The translations under genes were made by a program, and so were the position numbers. A DNA stretch of 64,000 nucleotides, taken from assembly GCA_944383385.1 (NCBI GenBank), contig CALWPI010000002.1, forward strand, positions 4,171 through 68,170, written 5' to 3'. Below, piece after piece: positions 8,226 through 17,318 of this stretch. The notes below the pieces were generated by a model. It had not been told where the DNA came from, did not search any database, and was given only the letters and a program-made list of their open reading frames with translations. The stretch's first letter is position 1. Every line of letters begins with the position of its first letter. The DNA comes from an uncultured Clostridia bacterium. GTDB lineage: Bacteria; Bacillota; Clostridia; Christensenellales; UBA1242.

Positions 8226-10661
8226 TTATTTTATTTGTTGTAATTCAAAGACTTCTAACTTGTCACCAACAAGCACGTCATTAAAGTCTTTTAGTTTGAT
8301 ACCACATTCAAAACCAGCCTTAACAGATTTTGCAGCATCTTTGCCTTGTTGCAATGTTTCTACATCACAAGTCGTTATGACTTTGCCATTACGAATAACT
8401 CGCACTTTGCTTGTACGATTGATTTGTCCGTCAATGACATAGCTTCCAGCAATGGTACCAACACTACTGATTTTGAAGAGTTGACGTACTTCAACATTAC
8501 CAATAACATTTTCTGTATATTTTGGTGTCAACAATTTATCTATTTCACTTTGCACAAAGTCCATGGTTTCATAAATAATCTTGAAGAATTTGATTGTGAC
8601 GCCATTTTTCTCTGCTATCTGTTTTGCTTTTGGGTCAGGTTTGACATTAAATCCTATAATTATAGCGCCACTTGCATGTGCCATAAGAACGTCACTTTCG
8701 TTTATTGCACCAACACTTGAACGAATGACTGTCACTTTGACCTCGTCATTATGCATATTACTCAAATTGTCATTGAGTGCCTCTGCACTTCCTTGAACAT
8801 CTGCTTTGACCAACACATTGTATACTTTTAACACTTGATCTTTTGGTGTTGACAAGAAACTTTCAAGACTTGCAGATTGACTATTGGTCTTTGCCTTTGC
8901 AATCTTTATTTTGTTCAATCTTTCAGCAACCAAATCTTTTGCAAATTTTTCATCAACAACATAACAAGTCTCGCCTGATTCTGGCAATTCTGTTAGTCCA
9001 AGTACAGACACTGCCATACTTGGCCCAGCAGATTTGAGATTTTCGCCTTGATAATTGACCATACCACGGACTCTGCCACTTGCTGTACCACAAACAATAA
9101 AGTCCCCAATATGCAATGTACCAATTTTAATTATAATGGTTGCCATTGCACCACGGCCCTTATCAATTTTACTTTCAAGAACTGTTCCCATTGCTGGGGC
9201 ATCAATTTTAGTTTTTAATTCACTAATATCTGCGACTAATGATATTGCTTCTAGCAACTTGTCAACGCCAGCACCAGTTTTTGCACTAATAGGAACGCAG
9301 ATAGTATCTCCACCCCATTCTTCTGGCAAGACATCATTTTCTGCCAATTGCTGTTTTATTCTCTCTACATTAGCTTCTGGTTTGTCCATTTTGTTGATAG
9401 CAACAATCATAGGCACGTTTGATTCTTTGATGTATTTGATTGCTTCTTTTGTTTGAGGCATTATACCATCATCTGCTGCAACTATTAATATTGCAATATC
9501 AGTGACTTGTGCTCCCCTTTGACGCATTGCTGAAAACGCAGCGTGTCCAGGTGTATCAATAAATGTAATTTTGTTGCCATTAACATTTATAGAATATGCA
9601 CCAATATGTTGCGTAATACCACCAGCTTCACCAATAGCAATATTGGTCTTTTTGATATAGTCGAGAAGAGATGTTTTGCCGTGGTCAACGTGTCCCATTA
9701 CTGTGACAATAGGTGGCCTTTTGTCAGTAAGTTCAATTGACTTGAATTTTTCTTCAACAATTTGTTCATTTGTTGCAGCAACATCGCGAGTAAGAGTGAC
9801 ACCAAATTCGCTTGCGACCAACTCTGCCGTATCAAAATCTATTGGGCTATTGATGTTGAGCATCATACCAAGTAGCATAAATTTTTTTATAATTTCTGTC
9901 ACTGGTTTACCAATTTTTTCAGACAAAATCTTTACAGTTAGATTGTCTGTTGTAATGGTTGCACTTTCAATTGGTGCTTTCTCAACTGGAACAAATGTTT
10001 TTTGTTTCTTTGATTTTGGTGATTTTACTCTACCCATATGGATAATGCCATCATCTTCCATAAGGTCATCATCAATGGACACTAGGTCAAAACGGAATTT
10101 GTCCTTTTTGGTAATCTTTCTTGTGTCTATATCGTCATTATTTGCTCTTTTGGTCTTGTTTTTGTTACCAAAAGTTCTTTCAGCTTTTGCAACAAATGTA
10201 TCTGGCAATTCTCCTTTACTCAATCCAACCCTTGGAGCAAATGGTTTGCCACTAGCATTTTGTTTGTTGTCTTTGCTAAAAGGTCTTGCAGATGGACCCT
10301 TGACAAAAGGTGTTTTGCCGTCTTTATTAAATGGCTTCTTATCTCCAAATGCAGGTCTTTGTCTATTGTCTCGTTGTTGAGTGTTTTTGTTTTTGTCAAA
10401 AGATTGTCTTGGACGACTGTCTTTTGCACCAAAAAAGTCAGACATCTTACTTGTCTGTGGAGCAATATGTTTAGGAGTTTCAGGCACAGGTTGATTTAGA
10501 CTGACCAGTCTGTTTCTAATGACAACCCCATATTCATCCAATTTCTTCTTTGCATTTCGCCCATTATTTATAATTTGCGAAATTTGATTCTCCTGCAAAA
10601 TCCTACCCAATTGTTTTAGATTTTCAAATGATACGTTTTGTTTTGTATTATTGTTTTCCAA
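8226..10661 (-). CDS. infB: Translation initiation factor IF-2
   Basis: 811 aa with GTPase motifs GHVDHGKTSLLD, DTPGH and NKMD, plus a basic low-complexity N-terminal region. Confidence 0.98.
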   Translation of the reverse strand: MENNNTKQNVSFENLKQLGRILQENQISQIINNGRNAKKKLDEYGVVIRNRLVSLNQPVPETPKHIAPQTSKMSDFFGAKDSRPRQSFDKNKNTQQRDNRQRPAFGDKKPFNKDGKTPFVKGPSARPFSKDNKQNASGKPFAPRVGLSKGELPDTFVAKAERTFGNKNKTKRANNDDIDTRKITKKDKFRFDLVSIDDDLMEDDGIIHMGRVKSPKSKKQKTFVPVEKAPIESATITTDNLTVKILSEKIGKPVTEIIKKFMLLGMMLNINSPIDFDTAELVASEFGVTLTRDVAATNEQIVEEKFKSIELTDKRPPIVTVMGHVDHGKTSLLDYIKKTNIAIGEAGGITQHIGAYSINVNGNKITFIDTPGHAAFSAMRQRGAQVTDIAILIVAADDGIMPQTKEAIKYIKESNVPMIVAINKMDKPEANVERIKQQLAENDVLPEEWGGDTICVPISAKTGAGVDKLLEAISLVADISELKTKIDAPAMGTVLESKIDKGRGAMATIIIKIGTLHIGDFIVCGTASGRVRGMVNYQGENLKSAGPSMAVSVLGLTELPESGETCYVVDEKFAKDLVAERLNKIKIAKAKTNSQSASLESFLSTPKDQVLKVYNVLVKADVQGSAEALNDNLSNMHNDEVKVTVIRSSVGAINESDVLMAHASGAIIIGFNVKPDPKAKQIAEKNGVTIKFFKIIYETMDFVQSEIDKLLTPKYTENVIGNVEVRQLFKISSVGTIAGSYVIDGQINRTSKVRVIRNGKVITTCDVETLQQGKDAAKSVKAGFECGIKLKDFNDVLVGDKLEVFELQQIK

Positions 10662-10672
10662 GAAATTTCTCC

Positions 10673-10969
10673 TTATTTATGTACTTTTTCGCTCAACAAT
10701 ATAGCTTTTGCTAATTCTTTGTTGGTAATCGCTATTACTTTGACACCCACTTTATTTACTACATCAACCAAAGTGTCTTCATTTTGTACTACAACATCAC
10801 ATTTCTTTTCTTTTTGTAATGTGTCTAATTTCGCTCTATTTTTTTCATTAAAAGTTTTATCAATTATGATAAGAAAATTTTTTTTGTTGCTTTGCAAAAT
10901 ATTATCTAGTCCATATATTATTGCCCCACTTCGTATAGCAAAATTAATATATGTTTGATATTTATCCAT
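10673..10969 (-). CDS. ylxQ: L7Ae-family RNA-binding protein YlxQ
   Basis: 98 aa. FAIRSGAIIYGLDNI is L7Ae-like. It sits between ylxR and infB as in other Bacillota. Confidence 0.8.
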   Translation of the reverse strand: MDKYQTYINFAIRSGAIIYGLDNILQSNKKNFLIIIDKTFNEKNRAKLDTLQKEKKCDVVVQNEDTLVDVVNKVGVKVIAITNKELAKAILLSEKVHK

Positions 10970-11216
10970 TTATTTTCTCCAACAAGTTTTGATATGATTG
11001 TTCGTTTATCTTTTTTCTAAAAACTTTATCTAGTGTATGAGTTTTTGCACATTTTTCAATACATAGATTGTTTTTGCATATATAACAACTTCTACCTGCA
11101 CTAAAATTTGTTTCATCAATGTAGACAGTGTTTTGTTCATTTTTTAATTTATATAATTCACTTTTGTCTTTGCTTTGCCTACAAACAATACACATCCTTT
11201 GTGGAATATGTTTCAT
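10962..11216 (-). CDS. ylxR: YlxR/RnpM (DUF448) RNA-binding protein
   Basis: 84 aa. The IPQRMCIVCRQSKDKSEL motif is typical of YlxR, and the gene is downstream of nusA. Confidence 0.88.
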   Translation of the reverse strand: MKHIPQRMCIVCRQSKDKSELYKLKNEQNTVYIDETNFSAGRSCYICKNNLCIEKCAKTHTLDKVFRKKINEQSYQNLLEKING

Positions 11217-11224
11217 ATATTCTC

Positions 11225-12349
11225 CTAATTATCCAAATCATCAAATGCATTGTCAATTGCAAACAAACTTTCAAGGTCAGTATTATTAGTTTCCTTTGGT
11301 TCATCATATTTTGGCATTTGACTTTCGGATTTGACATCTATTTTCCAATTTGTGAGTTTGACTGCAAGACGCACATTGTGTCCACCCTTGCCAATTGCAA
11401 GAGACAGTTTGTCATCTGGCACAACAACCACACTTGTTTTTTCAATAGGATTGACTTGGACGTGCAAAACAGTTGCTGGGCTCAATGCACGAGCGATGTA
11501 CTCTGCTGGGCTATCGCTCCATTCAATAATATCAATTTTTTCACCATTTAGTTCGTTTATGACCTCGTTGATACGACTACCTTTATTACCTATACATGCA
11601 CCAACGGCGTCAATATTGTGGTCTTTGCAATAAACTGCAATTTTTGTTCTGTACCCTGCTTCTCTTACAATGTTTTTGATTTCTATTTCGCCATTGGCAA
11701 TTTCTGGCACTTCCATTTCAATCAATTTTTTTACGAATCCAGCATTTGCACGAGACAATTGGACATATGGCATGTCATAGCCTTCTTTGACAGTCTTAAC
11801 ATATGCTTTGATTCTACTATTTGTGACATAACTCTCTCCTGGAATTTGGTCACGAATAGATAGCACACCTTCAACTTGGCCAAGCCCCATATCACAATAG
11901 ACATTTCCGTTCTCTATACGACGTACAATAACAGTAATGAGAGCGTCTTGCTTTGTAGATACGTCAGTTAGTATTCTGTTGCGTTCTGCTTCACGAAGTC
12001 TTTGCATAATGACTTGTTTTGCAGTTTGAGCAGCGATTCTACCAAATGTTTTTGGTGTCTCTTCACGAGCAACCATATCACCTATTTTGTAACTCTTTTT
12101 TATTGTTTTTGCTTCTACAAGACTCATTTCTTTATCTGGGTCTGTCACTTCTTCTACAACAGTCTTGTATGAGTATACTTTGATAGTATTTTTTTCTTCA
12201 TTTAGTTTAACTTCTGCGTTTTTTGCTTCTCCAAAATTCTTTTTGTATGCACTTGTAAGTGCCGCCTCCAAAGAACTAATAAAAAACTCTTTGTCTACCC
12301 CTTTTGCTTGCAAATCATTCAATGCTTGGAAAAAATCTTTGTTTATCAT
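11225..12349 (-). CDS. nusA: Transcription termination/antitermination factor NusA
   Basis: 374 aa with S1 and KH domains (ACIGNKGSRINEVINELNGEKIDII, AIGKGGHNVRLAVKLT). Confidence 0.98.
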   Translation of the reverse strand: MINKDFFQALNDLQAKGVDKEFFISSLEAALTSAYKKNFGEAKNAEVKLNEEKNTIKVYSYKTVVEEVTDPDKEMSLVEAKTIKKSYKIGDMVAREETPKTFGRIAAQTAKQVIMQRLREAERNRILTDVSTKQDALITVIVRRIENGNVYCDMGLGQVEGVLSIRDQIPGESYVTNSRIKAYVKTVKEGYDMPYVQLSRANAGFVKKLIEMEVPEIANGEIEIKNIVREAGYRTKIAVYCKDHNIDAVGACIGNKGSRINEVINELNGEKIDIIEWSDSPAEYIARALSPATVLHVQVNPIEKTSVVVVPDDKLSLAIGKGGHNVRLAVKLTNWKIDVKSESQMPKYDEPKETNNTDLESLFAIDNAFDDLDN

Positions 12350-12359
12350 AATTCATCTC

Positions 12360-12824
12360 CTAAAATTTTATAACTGGCTCAGCCAATGCAATTTTTTCTT
12401 TATCAATTGTTACACTTTCTTTACCATTAATTGTTACTGTCTTTTCATCAAAAGAAACTAGCACTCCTACTATTTCTTTTTGACCATTTTTGTTTGGCGC
12501 ATATAACTTGATTCGAATTTCTTTATTCAAATTTCTATTATAATCGCTAGGCTTTTTTAGTGGCCTATCTAGTCCACATGATGATACCTGTAACACATAA
12601 GGACTATCATTAGTTGGATTAACGTCATCTAAAACCTGGTCAATTGCCCTGTGAACAGTTTCGCAATCATCAATCCCAACTCCACCAGCTTTGTCTATGG
12701 TGACTATCAAATGATATCCGTCGACTTGTTTTACATACTCAACATCTACCAAATCATATCCCAAGTTGATAATAATTGGAGTTATTGTTTCTTCAACAAT
12801 GGTGACTACTTTTTTACCGTTCAT
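12360..12824 (-). CDS. rimP: Ribosome maturation factor RimP
   Basis: 154 aa, in the conserved position upstream of nusA. The typical ..LVDVEY.....LI..ID. pattern is present. RBS AAGGAG. Confidence 0.93.
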   Translation of the reverse strand: MNGKKVVTIVEETITPIIINLGYDLVDVEYVKQVDGYHLIVTIDKAGGVGIDDCETVHRAIDQVLDDVNPTNDSPYVLQVSSCGLDRPLKKPSDYNRNLNKEIRIKLYAPNKNGQKEIVGVLVSFDEKTVTINGKESVTIDKEKIALAEPVIKF

Positions 12825-12840
12825 ATTATCTCCTTTTTTT

Positions 12841-12872
12841 CAAAAATTAAGAGCGGGATTGCTCCCACTCTT
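12841..12872 (-). terminator. Leader terminator/attenuator hairpin in front of rimP-nusA-infB
   Basis: The minus strand reads AAGAGTGGGA-GCAA-TCCCGCTCTT (10 bp including one G.U) followed by AATTTTTG. It lies between the promoter at 12899-12927 and the rimP RBS. Confidence 0.6.
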
Positions 12873-12898
12873 AGTAACACCTAATAAGTAACAATATA

Positions 12899-12927
12899 AT
12901 ATTATCATTAATATACCAAAAAATCAA
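12899..12927 (-). promoter_or_regulatory. Sigma-A-type promoter of the rimP-nusA-infB operon
   Basis: Minus strand: TTGATT, 17-nt spacer, TAATAT. Confidence 0.6.
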
Positions 12928-12968
12928 GTATATTTGGCGATTTTTATATTACAAATGTTATATTTTGT

Positions 12969-14537
12969 CTAGTGAATATAATCACTCAATTTGATAAACA
13001 CTTCTGCTGTTGCAATTGTGTCGTAAATTGCTCTATGAGCATTATCAAGAGAGACTCCCAAGTGCTGTGCTATTGTGCCCAATTTATGATTTTTTACGCC
13101 TCGCACATATTGTCGAGCGAGCACATAAGCGTCATATGTCACTGTTGACATCTTAAACCCATATTTTTTGCATATATTGGCTAGAATTTTGTTATCAAAA
13201 GAAATATTATTATAACCAACAATGCCACTATCTCCAATGAATTTCATAAAATCTGGTAGCACCTTATCCAGTCCCAACTGGTCTTTTAACATATCGTTTG
13301 TAATACCAGTTATTTTTGTGATTTCCTGTGATATCTCTCTCATTGGATTGATAAGCGTTTCAAATGTTTCGACTATTTTACCATTATGTATTTTTACTGC
13401 ACCGATTTCAATAGGAATATCATTTTGTGTGTCTAGACCTGTTGTTTCAAAGTCGTAGACTACAAAATCTTTGTCTTTTAAGAAATCATTTACTTTATCT
13501 ACTTTGTCAAAAGAAAACAAGTCAACTTGCCCTTTGTTTTCATAAGGTTGAGGTTTGATATAAATATATCTATCATTTAGTTTTCGAGTTGGTGCAGGTT
13601 CTTCTTCATCATCAATTTCAATCTCACAAGTGGAGATATCTTTGACTTTGAAACTTAGTCTATCATTATAATCGTCAACATCCCCACTCACAGCGACAAT
13701 CATATTATCTTGTAATGTCTCCAATTTTTCTTGTGTGGCTTTTGTAGGAAAAACAACACAGTGAATAGAGTCTGTTGTGTCTTTTAATGTAAACGAATAC
13801 AATGTCTTTTCAATTATATTGCCATTTTCGTCTTTTTTATTAGTTTTATAGTTTCTTTTTGATAAAAATATTATTTTGCCACAAATGACGTTTTTCTCAA
13901 CAGATTTATCCAAATCTTTTATTGCTATTGGCGAGACTTCTATTTTTGGTCCTATAAAACTTTCTACATTGTGTATTTTATAGTACATTTTTTTCTTATA
14001 AAGACTGTCTAATGCATTCTCAACCATTTCTTCTTGCATTTTCAAAGAGTCTTTTAAGTCAACTGTACTATCTTCTTCGACTTTAATTGTGAAATCTCCA
14101 AAAAATATTTTTTCTAAACTATTTTTTAAGTTATTTTCAAAATTTCTAGCAGCCAAATATTCTTTATATACCTTGGTTGTAAATAATGTAATATTGACAT
14201 TTTTGTCTTCAATATCTATCTTACACCAATCACTTGATAAAGTGCTAAATAAAGCCGTAAATTGTTCTTTTAAGTATTTGGTCAAAAAGCGTTTTATCAC
14301 ATCAACATCAAGGTAAGATTTTTTGATTGATAATTTTATAGCAACATTTGATATGCCAATATAATCTTGCACATATTTTTCTAAATCATCTTTCATTTGT
14401 TGAGTGAAAACAAAAGTCTCAGGATACACAAGCACCATTTCTAGTGTTTTTGCATCCTGATTATACGTCACGCTCACAAATTTACATATCCTGTATGCGT
14501 CTGTTCTGTTATTCAAATACTCAATAAATTTATCCAT
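12969..14537 (-). CDS. PolC-like N-terminal/OB-fold/3'-5' exonuclease protein (no PHP or polymerase domains)
   Basis: 522 aa. The C-terminus has Exo I FVVYDFETTGLD, Exo II VGYNNISFDNKIL and Exo III NAHRAIYDTIATAEVF, very like the B. subtilis PolC exonuclease domain (HHRAIYDTEATAYLL). The central segment ICGKIIF..HCVVFP..MIVAVSGDV resembles the PolC OB fold. It occupies the polC slot upstream of rimP. Confidence 0.8.
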   Translation of the reverse strand: MDKFIEYLNNRTDAYRICKFVSVTYNQDAKTLEMVLVYPETFVFTQQMKDDLEKYVQDYIGISNVAIKLSIKKSYLDVDVIKRFLTKYLKEQFTALFSTLSSDWCKIDIEDKNVNITLFTTKVYKEYLAARNFENNLKNSLEKIFFGDFTIKVEEDSTVDLKDSLKMQEEMVENALDSLYKKKMYYKIHNVESFIGPKIEVSPIAIKDLDKSVEKNVICGKIIFLSKRNYKTNKKDENGNIIEKTLYSFTLKDTTDSIHCVVFPTKATQEKLETLQDNMIVAVSGDVDDYNDRLSFKVKDISTCEIEIDDEEEPAPTRKLNDRYIYIKPQPYENKGQVDLFSFDKVDKVNDFLKDKDFVVYDFETTGLDTQNDIPIEIGAVKIHNGKIVETFETLINPMREISQEITKITGITNDMLKDQLGLDKVLPDFMKFIGDSGIVGYNNISFDNKILANICKKYGFKMSTVTYDAYVLARQYVRGVKNHKLGTIAQHLGVSLDNAHRAIYDTIATAEVFIKLSDYIH

Positions 14538-14543
14538 AAAATC

Positions 14544-15587
14544 CTATAAAATGTGTATAAGGTCAACAATAATAACAAAGGCAAATAATATCATAAGTCC
14601 AACGCCATGAATATACCCTTCTACTTTTCGATTGATTGGTTTTCCTCTAATCCATTCAATGAGAACAAACACCATACGTGCCCCGTCTAATGCTGGAAAT
14701 GGCAAAAGATTGAATGTGGCAAGGTTTACCCCAATGAGTGGGAATAATATAAGAAGATTCCAAAGAGATGCCGAACTAACTGTCGCAATCGAACTAATTG
14801 TTGTGATTGGTCCACCCACAGCAGACAGCGACAATTGTCCAGTAAAAAGCATACCCAGTATAACTAAACAATCCCATGCTATTCTCAAACAGTACGGAAC
14901 AGCACCAAGTAGTGCCTGACCAAAATTGTATGTTATATTTTGCGCAGTTATGCCAACACCCTGCGACTCTACCCCGTCTGCTGTTGTAAATGTTGTGCGC
15001 TTAACAACAATTTCTATTTTTTCTCCATCTCTTGATATAACAAGTGGAATATCTTCATCAATAGCATATTGACTTAAAAGGTATGATGTGCCAAACACTG
15101 CACTTGGTCTTGTATCTCCTACCTTTTCTATAACATCACCAACTTGCAATTGTGAATTGTATTCTGTTGGAACAATAGAAGTGATTTGGCTTATACCATT
15201 ACCAGCAATCATCAAAACTGCAACAGCAACTAGACAAGATGACAAAAAGTTGAAAAATGCGCCCATAAACAATACAATGAGTCTTTTCCAAGGGGCTTGA
15301 CTATTGAATGCATCAGGATTGTCCTTATCTTCATCTTCTCCGTCAAAAGCACAGTATCCACCAAGTGGTATCCAACGTAGTGAAAATTTTTCACCACTTT
15401 TTAATGTTTTTGAAAATATAGCTTTTCCAAATCCAATACTGAATTCGTTTATTTTGAAATGTAACAATTTACCTGCAATATAGTGGCCAAATTCATGTAT
15501 CATTATCATAAATAACAAAATAAATATTGCAAGTAAAATATAACCAATATATGTCATTGTACTGCCAATACTACAAAGTAAATTCAT
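14544..15587 (-). CDS. rseP: RIP zinc metalloprotease RseP/RasP
   Basis: 347 aa with HEFGHY near the N-terminus, a central PDZ-like region, a C-terminal NLLPFPALDG motif and multiple TM helices. Confidence 0.95.
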   Translation of the reverse strand: MNLLCSIGSTMTYIGYILLAIFILLFMIMIHEFGHYIAGKLLHFKINEFSIGFGKAIFSKTLKSGEKFSLRWIPLGGYCAFDGEDEDKDNPDAFNSQAPWKRLIVLFMGAFFNFLSSCLVAVAVLMIAGNGISQITSIVPTEYNSQLQVGDVIEKVGDTRPSAVFGTSYLLSQYAIDEDIPLVISRDGEKIEIVVKRTTFTTADGVESQGVGITAQNITYNFGQALLGAVPYCLRIAWDCLVILGMLFTGQLSLSAVGGPITTISSIATVSSASLWNLLILFPLIGVNLATFNLLPFPALDGARMVFVLIEWIRGKPINRKVEGYIHGVGLMILFAFVIIVDLIHIL

Positions 15588-15656
15588 TGCTCCCCCTTTA
15601 CAAAATGAAAGATTGATAGTTTGGCTATCAACCTTATATTATATGAAAAATGCTTT

Positions 15657-16604
15657 CTATATTATGAATAGGACAAAAATAAACATAAAAAGTGAGTTTG
15701 CAATAAGCCCGTCTACTCTATCCATAATGCCACCATGTCCTGGTAATAATGTACCATAATCTTTGACTCTTGCACGACGCTTAACAATGCTTGCCAAAAT
15801 ATCTCCAAATTGGTCAAATACAGAACCCATAAATCCTATGAACACAATGTACCATACGTTTAGATTCAAATATTCAAACATATTGACAAATCCTGTTTGC
15901 GTCATAAAAATTAGATAAACTATAATTGATATGAATATCCCACCGACAAGTCCACCTATTGCTCCACTAATAGTCTTTTTAGGGCTAATTCTTGGACATA
16001 ATTTTGGTCCTTTTATAAGCATGCCTGTAAACATTGCAAATGTATCTGTTATCATAGAAATTGCAAAAACGCTAACTAATACGAACCAGTCGAGCAAACC
16101 TTTTGCAAGGATACTATCACTAGCAACAGACGCAATTGTTGCTAAATTATTTAGAATAAATAAGACAGCAAACAACACTCCTGGGTAAATCATTACAACA
16201 AAAGTATTTAACATTTTTTCAAAACAATATTTAGAAAATTTGCCTTCGTATTTGTAATGCTCCATTTCGTTTAATGTGTTTTTCTTAAACAATAGCGCAA
16301 TAATGTATGTAACAAGCGCAAGAACAATTACTACTCCAAAAATAATCAAAATATACCATAATTTGTCTAGTTCAAAATATAATGCCAAAGTGATTGCAAG
16401 ATAAACCATTGGTGCAAACAGTGCAGCAACAGTTATATTAGTATATTTTTTCATTCTCTCAAACACTCTTGCCATTTCAACACAGGCAACTACACCCAAT
16501 GCACCTATTAGCAAATCAAACACATAATTTGTCCAAATCTTTGACACAAACGCCAGTGCCACAACAAGGACAATTATTGCTCCTGTCAATACCCTTTTCT
16601 TCAT
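15657..16604 (-). CDS. cdsA: Phosphatidate cytidylyltransferase
   Basis: 315 aa polytopic protein with the C-terminal signature SIVKRRARVKDYGTLLPGHGGIMDRVD. Confidence 0.95.
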   Translation of the reverse strand: MKKRVLTGAIIVLVVALAFVSKIWTNYVFDLLIGALGVVACVEMARVFERMKKYTNITVAALFAPMVYLAITLALYFELDKLWYILIIFGVVIVLALVTYIIALLFKKNTLNEMEHYKYEGKFSKYCFEKMLNTFVVMIYPGVLFAVLFILNNLATIASVASDSILAKGLLDWFVLVSVFAISMITDTFAMFTGMLIKGPKLCPRISPKKTISGAIGGLVGGIFISIIVYLIFMTQTGFVNMFEYLNLNVWYIVFIGFMGSVFDQFGDILASIVKRRARVKDYGTLLPGHGGIMDRVDGLIANSLFMFIFVLFII

Positions 16605-16606
16605 AC

Positions 16607-17317
16607 CTAACTCTCTTTTATCGCCCCAAATCGTCTATTCCTATGTTGGAAATCAATGAGCGCTTTGTCTAATTGTTTATCATCAAAATCAGGCCACATA
16701 ATATTTGAAAAATAAAATTCTGCGTATGCTGCTTGCCACAACATAAAATTGCTAAGCCTTAGTTCGCCGCTAGAACGAATTATAAGGTCAAGTGGAGGCA
16801 AATCTTTTGTGTATAACAACTTTTCAAAAGCTGGTATATCTACGTGATTTCCTTTATCAATTGCCATATTACATGCACGCACAATTTCGTTTCTTCCACC
16901 GTAATTTATTGCAAGATTCAAAACATACTTGTCATTATCTTTTGTTCTTTCAATTGCAGCACGTAGACTTTCTTGCACATCTAGTGGTATTTTTGATAAA
17001 TCTCCCATTACTTGCAATCTTACTCCACGAGCAAATAGTTCTTCAAATTCTTTCTCAAAATATTGGCGAAATAAATCAAATAAATAATCTACTTCTTCCT
17101 TTGGTCGATTCCAATTTTCAGTTGAAAAACAATATACACTGACACAATGTATACCAAGATCAAATGCATGAGTGACAGTTTTTTTCATTCGTATCATACC
17201 AGATTTGTGACCCATTGACCTAGGTAATCCTCTGCGTTTTGCCCACCTGCCATTGCCATCAATAATGAATGCAATATGTTGGGGTAAACGACTTGTATCA
17301 AGTATATCTTTTTGCAC
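16607..17317 (-). CDS. uppS: Isoprenyl transferase (undecaprenyl-diphosphate synthase)
   Basis: 236 aa with HIAFIIDGNGRWA and IRSSGELRLSNFMLWQAAYAEFYF. Confidence 0.97.
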   Translation of the reverse strand: MQKDILDTSRLPQHIAFIIDGNGRWAKRRGLPRSMGHKSGMIRMKKTVTHAFDLGIHCVSVYCFSTENWNRPKEEVDYLFDLFRQYFEKEFEELFARGVRLQVMGDLSKIPLDVQESLRAAIERTKDNDKYVLNLAINYGGRNEIVRACNMAIDKGNHVDIPAFEKLLYTKDLPPLDLIIRSSGELRLSNFMLWQAAYAEFYFSNIMWPDFDDKQLDKALIDFQHRNRRFGAIKES

Positions 17318-17318
17318 T

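Noticed and set aside
9676-10380. Long antisense ORFs opposite highly conserved genes. Examples are 234 aa opposite infB, 258 aa at 39447-40223 opposite ffh, 232 aa at 44503-45201 opposite smc, and 185 aa at 36685-37242 opposite rbgA.
   Set aside because: Their translations are low-complexity and Ser/Leu/Phe/Ile-rich, they have no RBS, and they lie fully inside strongly supported genes. This is the typical mirror-frame artefact of codon bias.
12969-14537. Interpreting the PolC-like gene as a simple pseudogene fragment.
   Set aside because: The ORF is intact and starts 6 nt after rseP with an AGGA-type RBS. All three exonuclease motifs have their catalytic residues, and the ORF ends cleanly before a functional-looking promoter. 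A decaying fragment would be expected to show frameshifts or stops. Pseudogene status still cannot be fully excluded without comparative data.
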